Source: Dehalococcoidia bacterium (GTDB lineage: Bacteria > Chloroflexota > Dehalococcoidia > Lucifugimonadales > JAGWBF01). Taken from it: 64,000 nucleotides of DNA. Below, piece after piece: positions 38,513-47,421 of this stretch (its first letter is position 1; every line of letters starts with the position of its first letter). The notes under the pieces were generated by a model, which was not told the origin of the DNA, did not search any database, and saw only the letters and a list, made by a program, of their open reading frames with translations. The DNA is taken from assembly GCA_965247295.1 (NCBI GenBank), contig CBDFGQ010000006.1:483527-547526 (forward strand), written 5' to 3'. Both the position numbers and the translations under genes were made by a program.

Positions 38513-39077
38513 CGCGAAGGAAGAGCCACTCTCCAACGTCATTGATCGGGTAGCGGCAGTGCTTGGCGCCGGACCTCACCCCGACTTCAACCGATTCATG
38601 GAAGTCGTTGTGGCGGATGCCTCCGCGCATGGCGTCAAGTTGACGGCCAAGCGGAAGAAACTATTGCAGACGGCGTTGGCATCCCGCGAAGAGGCCGCCG
38701 CGCCCGTCATCAAGAAGACCCACAAGCCGGGCGCGGTAGGACCTGATCCGATCCGCGGACTGATCGAAGCTGCCCTGGACGGACAGAGCACAGTAGTGGA
38801 GTACGAGCCGGACGCCGACCTGCGCGACACCGAGCAGGTGCCGCTCTTGGAGGACGGCGGCATTGAAGCCTTCCTCCGCCGGGAGGTGCTCCCCTACGCC
38901 CCGGACGCCTGGTACGTGCCCGACAGTGTGAAGGTTGGCTACGAGATCAGCTTTACCCGCCACTTCTACAAGCCAGAGCCGTTGAGGCCATTGGAGGAGA
39001 TACGCGCGGACATCTTGGAGCTGGAGCGGGAAACTGAAGGTCTGCTGGCGGAAGTAATTGGTGGCAGGACAGCATGA
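38433..39077 (+). CDS. hsdM: HsdM C-terminal segment in shifted frame (frame open from 38400)
   Basis: The shifted frame reads KFPNEAFGYWKVTVERPLRL, the expected continuation of HsdM after ...ETEQS. Confidence 0.75.
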   Translation: MTVERPLRLTVALSPDHRQRFRAACRDAKEEPLSNVIDRVAAVLGAGPHPDFNRFMEVVVADASAHGVKLTAKRKKLLQTALASREEAAAPVIKKTHKPGAVGPDPIRGLIEAALDGQSTVVEYEPDADLRDTEQVPLLEDGGIEAFLRREVLPYAPDAWYVPDSVKVGYEISFTRHFYKPEPLRPLEEIRADILELERETEGLLAEVIGGRTA

Positions 39078-39880
39078 GTGCAATCCCTTCCCTCCCCGAA
39101 AGTAGTGTTGAGTCGCTGGCCAGGCTGCTCGCAGAATGTGGAACTGGGTCAGACATTGGCCGGGTGCTGGCTGATCGAGGCATTCATGATGGCTCCGGCG
39201 AGTCGACTAAGTGGAAGAGGTTGTATTGGGTGTTCTTGAACATCCAGCGCCAGGACCGCTGCGCCAATCGAATACTCGACTTCATTCAATCCTTCGTGGC
39301 TCCGGCTCGATTCGTAGGTAGAAACGACGAATTCGAACAAGATCGAATCGCATTGAATACTGCCTTAGCCTTCTCAGGGCTCGAGTACGGGCCTGATGGC
39401 CAGTTTCGGAATCGAACGACGGCTGCGACTCTTAGTGAGGCAGAGCGACGAGCAAACGCAATCAAAGGCAAGTTTCAGGGACGACGTATCCACCATGAAG
39501 TATTGAAGTACTGTCAAGCCGAACTGATGCAGCACAACTACTTCCACGCTGTCTTCGAGGCTTCAAAAGGCCTTGCCCAACGGATACGGGACAAGTCAGG
39601 TGTCGATGGCGATGGCGCCAAGCTCGTGGATAGCGTCTTCTCGGTCAATGGACCGGTTCTGGCATTCAACACCCTACAGACCGAAATCGAGAAGACCGAA
39701 CACAAAGGGTTCACCGCCTTACTGAAAGGTTGCTTTGCAGGTGTGAGGAACCCCCTCGCGCACGAGCCAAAGATAATGTGGGACGGTGAGGACGATGCGG
39801 CGGACTATTTGACACTGATCTCGCTCCTCAATCGGAAGCTGGACGATTGCGTACCAACTGGATTGGGGGGTAGCCAATGA
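39074..39880 (+). CDS. Hypothetical protein with R-x4-H (HEPN-like; TIGR02391/Abi_C-like) C-terminal domain, embedded between hsdM and hsdS
   Basis: C-terminal GFTALLKGCFAGVRNPLAHEP motif. ATGA overlaps at both ends couple it to hsdM and hsdS. Confidence 0.7.
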   Translation: MSAIPSLPESSVESLARLLAECGTGSDIGRVLADRGIHDGSGESTKWKRLYWVFLNIQRQDRCANRILDFIQSFVAPARFVGRNDEFEQDRIALNTALAFSGLEYGPDGQFRNRTTAATLSEAERRANAIKGKFQGRRIHHEVLKYCQAELMQHNYFHAVFEASKGLAQRIRDKSGVDGDGAKLVDSVFSVNGPVLAFNTLQTEIEKTEHKGFTALLKGCFAGVRNPLAHEPKIMWDGEDDAADYLTLISLLNRKLDDCVPTGLGGSQ

Positions 39881-41346
39881 CCACCACCCCCCAACCCTAC
39901 CCCGCCTACAAGCCCTCCGGCATCCCCTGGCTGGGCGGCGTGCCGGAGCATTGGCACGTGCGGCGGCTTAGGACTCTTGCCGACATGCGTGTCAGCAACG
40001 TGGATAAACACACTAAGGAGGATGAGTTCCCCGTTCGACTCTGCAACTACGTCGATGTCTACAAGCACGACCGCATCGCCCCAGCCATGCCTTTCATGAC
40101 AGCGACGGCCTCGCGGGACGAGATCGAAAGATTCCGGCTAGAGCGAGACGATGTGCTCATCACAAAGGACTCCGAGGCTTGGGACGATATTGGTGTTCCT
40201 GCTTTGGTGACAGAAGCAGCCGACGACCTTCTCTCGGGCTACCATTTGGCCTTGCTGCGCCCCTTCAAGGAGATACTAGGTGCATATCTGGCCCGGACTT
40301 TGCAGAGCAAGGAGGTTGCCTACCAGTTCCACATCCGGGCAAATGGGGTGACGCGATATGGCCTTACCCACATGGGCATCAAGTCCGTTTGTATTCCCCT
40401 CCCATCTCTCCCCGAACAGGCAGCCATCGTCCGATACCTGGACCACGTAGACCGGCGCATCCGGCGCTACGTCACCGCCAAGCGGAAACTCATCAACCTG
40501 CTAGAGGAAGAGAAGCAGGCCGTCGTCAACCAGGCCGTCACCCGCGGCCTTGACCCCAACGTCCGCCTCAAGCCCTCCGGCGTCGAGTGGCTGGGCGACG
40601 TGCCGGAGGATTGGGAGGTGTTGCCTCTCAAGCGGGCATTCATTTCAATGGACTACGGCATATCAGATGCGACCACAGACACCGGTTCCACTCGTGTTCT
40701 CACGATGGCCCATGTCAACGGCGGGAACGTGACCGTGCCATCCCATGGTGGGGTGGACTCTGTTGACCCGCGGCTTCTACTACAGGGTGGCGATCTACTC
40801 TTTAACCGCACTAATAGTCAGGAGCTCGTTGCCAAGGTGGGGATATTCGTTGGACATGACTCGCCGGTTACGTTCGCTTCGTATCTCGTTCGGCTCCGGC
40901 CTCATCCGCTTCACGTCCCGGAATATTTGAACCTCGTGCTGAATGACGAGAGCTTCCTGTCGAGCGCCCGTAGAGAAGCCATACCCAGCCTGCATCAGTC
41001 CAACCTCAATCCGAACCGGTATGGAAGGCTTCCCATTGCGTTGCCTGAGAAGTCAGAACAACTGAGGCTTCTTCGTTTCCTTAGCGACGAAACGGAAGTC
41101 ATTGACTCTTGCATCGCCCGCGCCCGCCGCCAAATCGAACTGCTTCAGGAGTACCGCACACGGCTCATCTCCGACGTGGTGACGGGCAAGCTGGACGTGC
41201 GCGAGGCGGCGCTGCTATCGGACGAAGCCGACGACCAGGATCCTATAGAGGAAGGCGACCTGTTAACAGACGGTGTGGCCGAAGACCTGCACGACCCCGA
41301 TGAGTCGGTAGAAGGGTTGGCAATGGAAAACGAGGTGACCGTATGA
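39877..41346 (+). CDS. hsdS: Type I restriction-modification specificity subunit HsdS (two target-recognition domains)
   Basis: Duplicated TRD architecture. Conserved spacer helices (LPEQAAIVRYLD; LISDVVTGKLDVRE). Confidence 0.85.
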   Translation: MTTTPQPYPAYKPSGIPWLGGVPEHWHVRRLRTLADMRVSNVDKHTKEDEFPVRLCNYVDVYKHDRIAPAMPFMTATASRDEIERFRLERDDVLITKDSEAWDDIGVPALVTEAADDLLSGYHLALLRPFKEILGAYLARTLQSKEVAYQFHIRANGVTRYGLTHMGIKSVCIPLPSLPEQAAIVRYLDHVDRRIRRYVTAKRKLINLLEEEKQAVVNQAVTRGLDPNVRLKPSGVEWLGDVPEDWEVLPLKRAFISMDYGISDATTDTGSTRVLTMAHVNGGNVTVPSHGGVDSVDPRLLLQGGDLLFNRTNSQELVAKVGIFVGHDSPVTFASYLVRLRPHPLHVPEYLNLVLNDESFLSSARREAIPSLHQSNLNPNRYGRLPIALPEKSEQLRLLRFLSDETEVIDSCIARARRQIELLQEYRTRLISDVVTGKLDVREAALLSDEADDQDPIEEGDLLTDGVAEDLHDPDESVEGLAMENEVTV

Positions 41347-41570
41347 CGGACTGGGGAAAGTGCCCGGCAGTCGAGAGCGTGCCCGGCAGGCTGAGTGGGG
41401 CCTGGGTGTTCACCGGCACCAGAGTGCCAGTATCCGCCCTTTTCGAGAACCTTGAGAGCGGCGCTACGATAACACAGTTTCTTGATTGGTTCGAGGGCGT
41501 GGAGGAATGGAAGGTCAGATCTGTTCTCGAATTCGCGGCGAAGTCCGTCAAGGTTTCCGTAGAACCGTGA
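41343..41570 (+). CDS. DUF433-like small protein (putative antitoxin)
   Basis: GRLSGAWVFTGTRVPVSALFENLESGATI resembles the DUF433 core. ATGA overlap with hsdS. Confidence 0.7.
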   Translation: MTDWGKCPAVESVPGRLSGAWVFTGTRVPVSALFENLESGATITQFLDWFEGVEEWKVRSVLEFAAKSVKVSVEP

Positions 41571-41902
41571 AGATTCTATTGGACCAGGGAACGCCTCGGC
41601 CGCTTCGAGAACATCTGCACGGACATTCGGTGGATACGGCAGCGGAGCGAGGATGGTCAGGACTCGGCAATGGAGACCTAATTGAGGAGGCCGAGCAGGA
41701 GGGATACGAAATCCTCATCACCACTGACCAGAATATGCGATACCAACAGAACCTCACAGATAGGCGACTGGCGATTGTCGTCCTGCTGTCCACGGCATGG
41801 CCCTATGTCCAGCCACGTATAGAAGAGATTCGCACTGTCCTTGACGAAATACACCCCGGTGAACTGAGAGAAGTCCCGATCCTAGAGATGGAAGAGAGGT
41901 AG
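41567..41902 (+). CDS. DUF5615-like PIN-fold protein (putative toxin)
   Basis: KILLDQGTP...GDLIEEAEQEGYEILITTDQNM pattern. GTG 41567 overlaps the upstream stop (GTGA); the track ORF start at 41486 is probably too early. Confidence 0.65.
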   Translation: MKILLDQGTPRPLREHLHGHSVDTAAERGWSGLGNGDLIEEAEQEGYEILITTDQNMRYQQNLTDRRLAIVVLLSTAWPYVQPRIEEIRTVLDEIHPGELREVPILEMEER

Positions 41903-41903
41903 C

Positions 41904-44900
41904 GTGACCACAGACACCACTGAGAAGGGACTTGAGCGGCTCATCTGTATCGCCATGGCCGGCCACGCGTGTGAACCTGCCCAGGGAGGCGCTGTGGCAG
42001 AACGTCCGGCCAATTACGGCGTAGGCTGGATCGGCGGAGACCCACAAGATTACGACCGGGAGTACTGCGTCGACCTCGTTCAGCTTTCCTCTTTCCTGGA
42101 GACGACCCAGCCAGAGGAGGCCCAGTCCCTGGACTTGGGCCAAGACAGCCCGACGCGGCGCAAGTTCCTGGCCCGGCTGCAAGGGGAGATCAGGAAGCGA
42201 GGGACCATTGACGTGTTACGCAAGGGAATCAAACACGGTCCGCACCAGATTGACCTCATGTACAGCACACCGTCGCCGGGGAACGAGAAGGCCAAGGCAC
42301 AGTTTGCGCAGAACCGGTTTTCCATAACGCGTCAACTTCAATACAGCCAGGACAACACCCAGCTTGCCTTGGACCTGTGCCTCTTCATCAACGGGCTGCC
42401 TGTGGCCACCTTCGAGCTGAAGAACAGTCTGACCAAGCAGACAGTAGCGGACGCCGTTAAGCAGTACAGAGAAGACCGCAACCCTCGCGAAAAGCTCTTC
42501 GAGCTGGGGCGCTGCCTTGTCCACTTCGCCGTCGACGATCACGAGGTGCAATTCTGTACTCACCTACAGGGGAAGAGCTCCTGGTTCCTGCCTTTCGACA
42601 AGGGATGGAACGACGGCGCGGGCAATCCTCCCAATCCCAACGGAATCAAGACCGATTACCTGTGGAAGCAGGTCCTTACCCGGGAAGGCCTCACTGACAT
42701 CATTGAGAACTACGCCCAAGTTGTCGAAACCAAGGATGACAAGGCTGGGCGTAAGAAGCGGGTGCAAATTTGGCCACGCTACCACCAGTTGGAAGTGGTG
42801 CGGCGGCTCCTAACGGATGTGCCGGCTGAAGGAGTCGGCAAGCGGTACCTCATCCAACACTCTCCGGGAAGCGGCAAGTCCAACTCCATCGCCTGGCTTG
42901 CCCACCAGCTAATTGGGTTCGAGGTTAGCGGCAAGGCCCTCTTCGATTCGATCATAGTAGTCACGGACCGGAGGATTCTAGATAGGCAGATCAAGGACAC
43001 TATTCGGCAGTTTGCCCAGGTGGGCTCCGTGGTGGGCCATGCCCAGAGCTCCAAGGACCTGCGCACCTTCCTTCAGGATGGGAAGAAGGTTGTCATTACT
43101 ACCGTACAGAAGTTTCCCTTCATTCTGGACGCCATTGGGGACGAACACCGTAATCGTAGCTTCGGAATCATCATCGACGAGGCCCACTCCAGCCAGGGAG
43201 GCCGCACCTCGGCCTCGGTGTCCATGGCCCTGGGACAGGCCGGCGCAGAAGAGGAAGAGGAGACCACCGAGGACAAGATCAACAAAATCATTGAGAGCAA
43301 GAAGATGCTGCCCAACGCCAGCTACTTCGCATTCACGGCCACGCCGAAGAATAGGACGCTGGAGATCTTCGGCCGGCCTATCCCGGAGGGAGACAAGGTC
43401 CGGCACGTCCCGTACCACTCCTACACCATGAAGCAGGCAATAGAGGAGGGGTTCATCGTAGACGTGCTGAAGCATTACACGCCCGTGGAAAGCTACTACC
43501 GGCTGGTCAAGACTGTGGAAGCGGACCCGGAGTTCGATACGAAGCGTGCGGCTAAGAAGCTGAGGCGCTATGTTGAGAACAACGATCATGCCATCCGCCT
43601 CAAGTCCGAGATCATGGTGGACCACTTCCACGAGCAGGTCATCGGCCTTCAGAAGGTCGGCGGGCAGGCCAGGGCCATGGTGGTGACAGCCAGTATCGAG
43701 CGCGCCATCCGCTACTACCACGCTATCCAAGACTACTTGGCAGAGCGCAAGAGTCCATACCAGGCGATCGTCGCCTTTTCCGGTGAGCACGAATACGCAG
43801 GGACGAAGGTAACAGAGGCTTCCCTCAACGGTTTCTCCTCGAACCTCATCGCCGACGAGATTCAGAAGGATCCGTACCGTTTCCTGGTTTGCGCTGACAA
43901 GTTTCAGACCGGCTACGACGAGCCTCTGCTCCACACCATGTACGTGGACAAGATGCTGTCCGGCGTCAAGGCGGTGCAGACACTCTCGCGCCTTAACCGG
44001 GCACACCCCAAGAAGCATGATGCATTTGTGCTCGACTTTGCCAATGACGTGGACACTATCCAGGACTCCTTCGCCGACTACTACCGCACTACGGTCCTTG
44101 CCGACGAGACCGATCCCGACAAGCTGCACGACCTCAAGGCAACGCTCGACGGCTATCAGGTGTATGAGCAAGCCCAGATCGACCAGTTGGTGGAGCTCTA
44201 TCTCTCCGGCACGGACCGTGACCAGCTCGACCCGATCCTCGACTCCTGCGTCGCCGTCTACCGGGAACAGCTTGACGAGGATGGGCAGGTGGACTTCAAA
44301 GACAAGGCGAAGGGGTTCCTTCGCACCTATGGCTTCCTGGCCTCCATACTTCCCTACACCAACGCCGAGTGGGGAAAGCTGTCGATATTCCTAAACTTCC
44401 TTGTACCGAAGCTGCCGGCTCCCGTTGAAGAGGATCTGTCGAAGGGGATTCTCGATACCATCGACATGGATAGCTACCGGGTGGAGAAGCAGGCAGCCCA
44501 GGCGATCCAGCTACCCGACGAGGATGCAGAGATTGAGCCGGTCCCAACCTCGGGCGGAGGGCAAAAGGCCGAGCCGGAGTTGGAACGGCTGTCGAACATC
44601 ATCAAAGACTTCAACGACCGCTTCGGCAACATCGAGTGGAAGGACGCGGACAAGATCGAGAAGGTGATTGCCGAAGAGCTGCCCGCGAAGGTTGCCGGTG
44701 ACAGGGCGTACCAGAACGCTATGGCTAACTCCGACCAACAGAACGCACGAATCGAGCACGACAAGGCCCTGGAACGCGCCATGACCGAGCTCCTGGCAGA
44801 CCACACCGAGCTGTTCAAGCAGTTCAGCGACAACGATTCGTTCCGCCGGTGGTTGTCGGAGATGATCTTCGCTGCTACGTATGTTGGAGCTGCCGCTGCC

Positions 44901-44930
44901 GCTAGTGGAACTGGAAGCGAGGTGGGCTGA
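41904..44930 (+). CDS. hsdR: Type I restriction enzyme R subunit HsdR
   Basis: N-terminal nuclease region, helicase motifs (HSPGSGKSNSI, IIIDEAHSSQGG, FTATP), and a C-terminal type I HsdR domain. 1008 aa. Confidence 0.9.
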   Translation: MTTDTTEKGLERLICIAMAGHACEPAQGGAVAERPANYGVGWIGGDPQDYDREYCVDLVQLSSFLETTQPEEAQSLDLGQDSPTRRKFLARLQGEIRKRGTIDVLRKGIKHGPHQIDLMYSTPSPGNEKAKAQFAQNRFSITRQLQYSQDNTQLALDLCLFINGLPVATFELKNSLTKQTVADAVKQYREDRNPREKLFELGRCLVHFAVDDHEVQFCTHLQGKSSWFLPFDKGWNDGAGNPPNPNGIKTDYLWKQVLTREGLTDIIENYAQVVETKDDKAGRKKRVQIWPRYHQLEVVRRLLTDVPAEGVGKRYLIQHSPGSGKSNSIAWLAHQLIGFEVSGKALFDSIIVVTDRRILDRQIKDTIRQFAQVGSVVGHAQSSKDLRTFLQDGKKVVITTVQKFPFILDAIGDEHRNRSFGIIIDEAHSSQGGRTSASVSMALGQAGAEEEEETTEDKINKIIESKKMLPNASYFAFTATPKNRTLEIFGRPIPEGDKVRHVPYHSYTMKQAIEEGFIVDVLKHYTPVESYYRLVKTVEADPEFDTKRAAKKLRRYVENNDHAIRLKSEIMVDHFHEQVIGLQKVGGQARAMVVTASIERAIRYYHAIQDYLAERKSPYQAIVAFSGEHEYAGTKVTEASLNGFSSNLIADEIQKDPYRFLVCADKFQTGYDEPLLHTMYVDKMLSGVKAVQTLSRLNRAHPKKHDAFVLDFANDVDTIQDSFADYYRTTVLADETDPDKLHDLKATLDGYQVYEQAQIDQLVELYLSGTDRDQLDPILDSCVAVYREQLDEDGQVDFKDKAKGFLRTYGFLASILPYTNAEWGKLSIFLNFLVPKLPAPVEEDLSKGILDTIDMDSYRVEKQAAQAIQLPDEDAEIEPVPTSGGGQKAEPELERLSNIIKDFNDRFGNIEWKDADKIEKVIAEELPAKVAGDRAYQNAMANSDQQNARIEHDKALERAMTELLADHTELFKQFSDNDSFRRWLSEMIFAATYVGAAAAASGTGSEVG

Positions 44931-44933
44931 CAG

Positions 44934-45071
44934 ATGAAAGCCATATCCCCCGCAACAATCACCTTGCGTCCCGTCGCCGTCGACCTGTTCGGTGGCGCTG
45001 GGGGACTGTCCTATGGGATGCAACAGGCAGGGATAACGATCATCGGGGGCATAGACAGAACAGGCGACTAA
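44934..45071 (+). pseudogene. 45-codon stub of a DNA (cytosine-5) methyltransferase (motif I only)
   Basis: MKAISPATITLRPVAVDLFGGAGGLSYGMQQAGI... is the N-terminus and FxGxG motif I of C5-MTases. It then stops. Starts 3 nt after the hsdR stop. Confidence 0.55.
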
Positions 45072-45078
45072 GGAATAA

Positions 45079-45651
45079 TTACTGAGTTGCCAAGGTCTTC
45101 CTACGAGAGAATTGCCGCTCCACTCCTGTAACCCGCTTTCTGAAGGCCAACATCTGGCTACTTACCCCGTATGACTCACAGGCCTCTTGATTGGAAACTA
45201 GTCGACTCCGCAAGTGTATCAGTGCTTCTCTGGGCAGAAGCAACGCTGCGGCAAGCCAATTCGCCTCCTCCTCGGCAGAGGCGTTATACCCTCTAAGGGC
45301 CAGGTCTTCGGCCCCTGCGAAGAACACGGTGCTGGGTTGATGTCCCAGAAGCAGGTGTGCCAGTTCGTGCATGAGATCGCTTGAGTAGCGACCTTTGCTA
45401 TGGTTAGGGTTGATAACAATGGCGTCGCGGCCCGACGCGGAAACGGTGATCGCGGACCACGAATCCCGATCTGCGGTGACTAACTGGAGGACATCACCCT
45501 CGGAGAGTCCCAAGTCGGTTACCGGCCATACGGCAACATCCAGATGGGAAGCTAGCCGATCTGGCGAAAGGGCAGCTGTAGGGACGAGTCCTAGCTCGAC
45601 ACGCAAAGAGCGGGCCATTTCCTCACAGCGAGACTTAAAGCCCCTCTCCAT
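45079..45651 (-). CDS. ImmA/IrrE-family zinc metallopeptidase (CapP-like)
   Basis: HELAHLLLGH HExxH motif. Overlaps the upstream XRE gene. Confidence 0.8.
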   Translation of the reverse strand: MERGFKSRCEEMARSLRVELGLVPTAALSPDRLASHLDVAVWPVTDLGLSEGDVLQLVTADRDSWSAITVSASGRDAIVINPNHSKGRYSSDLMHELAHLLLGHQPSTVFFAGAEDLALRGYNASAEEEANWLAAALLLPREALIHLRSRLVSNQEACESYGVSSQMLAFRKRVTGVERQFSRRKTLATQ

Positions 45652-46000
45652 CTGTACCTCCCGGAGGGTCGGCGAGCATCATCTGGGCTTGGATGATGGC
45701 GTTGGCTAACGCGTGTGCCGTTTCAGGAGTGATCTCTCGGTTCGCTTTCAAATGAGCGGCGGCCATGCTGGGTTGCTCGGTCTCTGAGGACTGGTGGGAG
45801 ACTCCCAATAGGAGTGCCGGATCGACTTCAAGCCAGCGGCACAGCTTTCCGAAAGTTTGAAGGTCCGGCATCTTTCCTGATTCGATCCTGGAGAGTGTCG
45901 GGGCACTCGTGCCGATGTCGGCCGCAACCGCCCGAAGGCCTCTGTCACCCCTCTTCTCGCGGACGATGGTTCCAAGGTTTTGTAGAGTGACCTTACGCAT
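45635..46000 (-). CDS. XRE-family HTH regulator (CapH-like)
   Basis: LRAVAADIGTSAPTLSRIESGK HTH. ATG 46000 is preceded by AGGAGG; the track ORF start at 46084 is probably too early. Confidence 0.75.
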   Translation of the reverse strand: MRKVTLQNLGTIVREKRGDRGLRAVAADIGTSAPTLSRIESGKMPDLQTFGKLCRWLEVDPALLLGVSHQSSETEQPSMAAAHLKANREITPETAHALANAIIQAQMMLADPPGGTDGEGL

Positions 46001-46032
46001 AGCCCCTCCTGTTGCACTTGTAGTACATATTC

Positions 46033-46061
46033 TTGACATCCTAACGTTGAGCTTGTATGAT
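46033..46061 (+). promoter_or_regulatory. Near-consensus sigma70-type promoter facing the patatin gene
   Basis: TTGACA (46033-46038), 17 nt, TATGAT (46056-46061), in the divergent intergenic region. Small palindrome tgta-g-taca just upstream. Confidence 0.5.
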
Positions 46062-46096
46062 GGCTGTATCTTCGATGGAATCATGTATCACGTGTG

Positions 46097-47065
46097 ATGA
46101 TAATGGACACACCAAATAGAGTCAACTCAGAAATGGACAACCAGGCGGCCCTCGAATGCAGGGGGACGTTCTACATCCTCGCCCTCGACGGCGGTGGCAC
46201 AAGGGGAATCTACTCAGCTCAGATTCTGGCTAGCATTGAGCGGAAGCTTGGCAGACCAGTTGGGGAGTGCTTCGATCTCATCGCGGGCACCAGCACAGGC
46301 TCAATCATCGCGGGGGCTGCTGCTGTGGGCATTCCAATGACCAGGGTAGTAGAGCTATTCATGGAGGAGTCTTCGCGCATCTTTCGGAAGAGATGGCCGG
46401 GCTCGTTCCACGTCAGAAGTAAGTACTCAAGGCGATCTCTTGAACAGGTGGTCCGGAGTTGCGTGTCTGACCTGACCTTGGGAAAGGTCTCGACGCCCCT
46501 TATGATCATGGGTTCCAACATATCGACCGGCGGTGTACATGTATTTAAGTCTCGATACCTGAAGGACCTCGGAGAACCCTACGTCAGAGACGCAGATGTC
46601 TTTCTGAGTGACGCTATCCTAGCGTCGTGCGCTGCTCCCACGTATTTTGACCCCGTATCGGTCGACGATTCCGTCTTAGCGGACGGGGGACTGTGGGCCA
46701 ACAATCCGTCGCTCATCGCTTTGACGGAGGCAGTTTCTAAGTTTAAGCGGTCGGTTGAACAGGTACACGTCCTATCAATCGGTACCGGACATTCCGTCAA
46801 TCTCTATTCCAAGAAGAGGCTGTGGGGTCTCATCACCGGCTGGGGCCGCCAAAAGTTGGTCTCCTACGTTCTCAGGCTGCAATCAAACGCCTCTGCGAAC
46901 ATGGCCAGGCTATTGCTCGAGGACAGGTACCTCCGGCTTGACCCCGCGATCGAGGCTTGGGAATTGGACGACGTAGAGCACTTGGATAATTTGAAGGCTT
47001 TGGCAACCAGCGATTTCGCCTTCCGGAGTGAGGCGATTATGGAGAACTTTAAGAAAGCAAAGTGA
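46097..47065 (+). CDS. Patatin-like phospholipase (CapV-like CBASS effector candidate)
   Basis: LALDGGGTRGIY oxyanion motif, GTSTGS nucleophile elbow, DGGLWANNP catalytic Asp motif. Confidence 0.85.
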   Translation: MIMDTPNRVNSEMDNQAALECRGTFYILALDGGGTRGIYSAQILASIERKLGRPVGECFDLIAGTSTGSIIAGAAAVGIPMTRVVELFMEESSRIFRKRWPGSFHVRSKYSRRSLEQVVRSCVSDLTLGKVSTPLMIMGSNISTGGVHVFKSRYLKDLGEPYVRDADVFLSDAILASCAAPTYFDPVSVDDSVLADGGLWANNPSLIALTEAVSKFKRSVEQVHVLSIGTGHSVNLYSKKRLWGLITGWGRQKLVSYVLRLQSNASANMARLLLEDRYLRLDPAIEAWELDDVEHLDNLKALATSDFAFRSEAIMENFKKAK

Positions 47066-47140
47066 GGCGACACCTCAGAGGCTACATGTGTCGCGACAGG
47101 CCAGCTAGCACTTGCGAAGCTAACAAAACCTTAGAGGGAG

Positions 47141-47309
47141 ATGAAGATGACTAGGAACAACCAGGAATTCCAGGACTTCCTCAGAGATGAAGTCAACCTC
47201 AACCAGAGTCGTCTCGACCGGTTGGAGACGAGTGTGCGGGCTGTGAACAGCTATCTCAAAGACCGTCTCACCGGCTACCAGAAGATGGAGCGGCAAGGTT
47301 CATACGCAC
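47141..47309 (+). pseudogene. 5' fragment (about 56 codons) of a nucleotidyltransferase, probably a CD-NTase, truncated by IS3 copy B
   Basis: MKMTRNNQEFQDFLRDEVNLNQSRLDRLETSVRAVNSYLKDRL...ERQGSYAL ends exactly at the IS left end. The GSYAL motif is the start of the NTase fold. SD GAGGGAG. Confidence 0.5.
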
Positions 47310-47421
47310 TGTAGGGTGTCAGCGCAATTGGACACTATTGAGGCCTAGAGAACCGAAGAGGTTGGGGGTGGTAGAGGCTCCTTCAGAGGGGTAGATTAAC
47401 CCTAAGTGAAAGGAGTCATCG

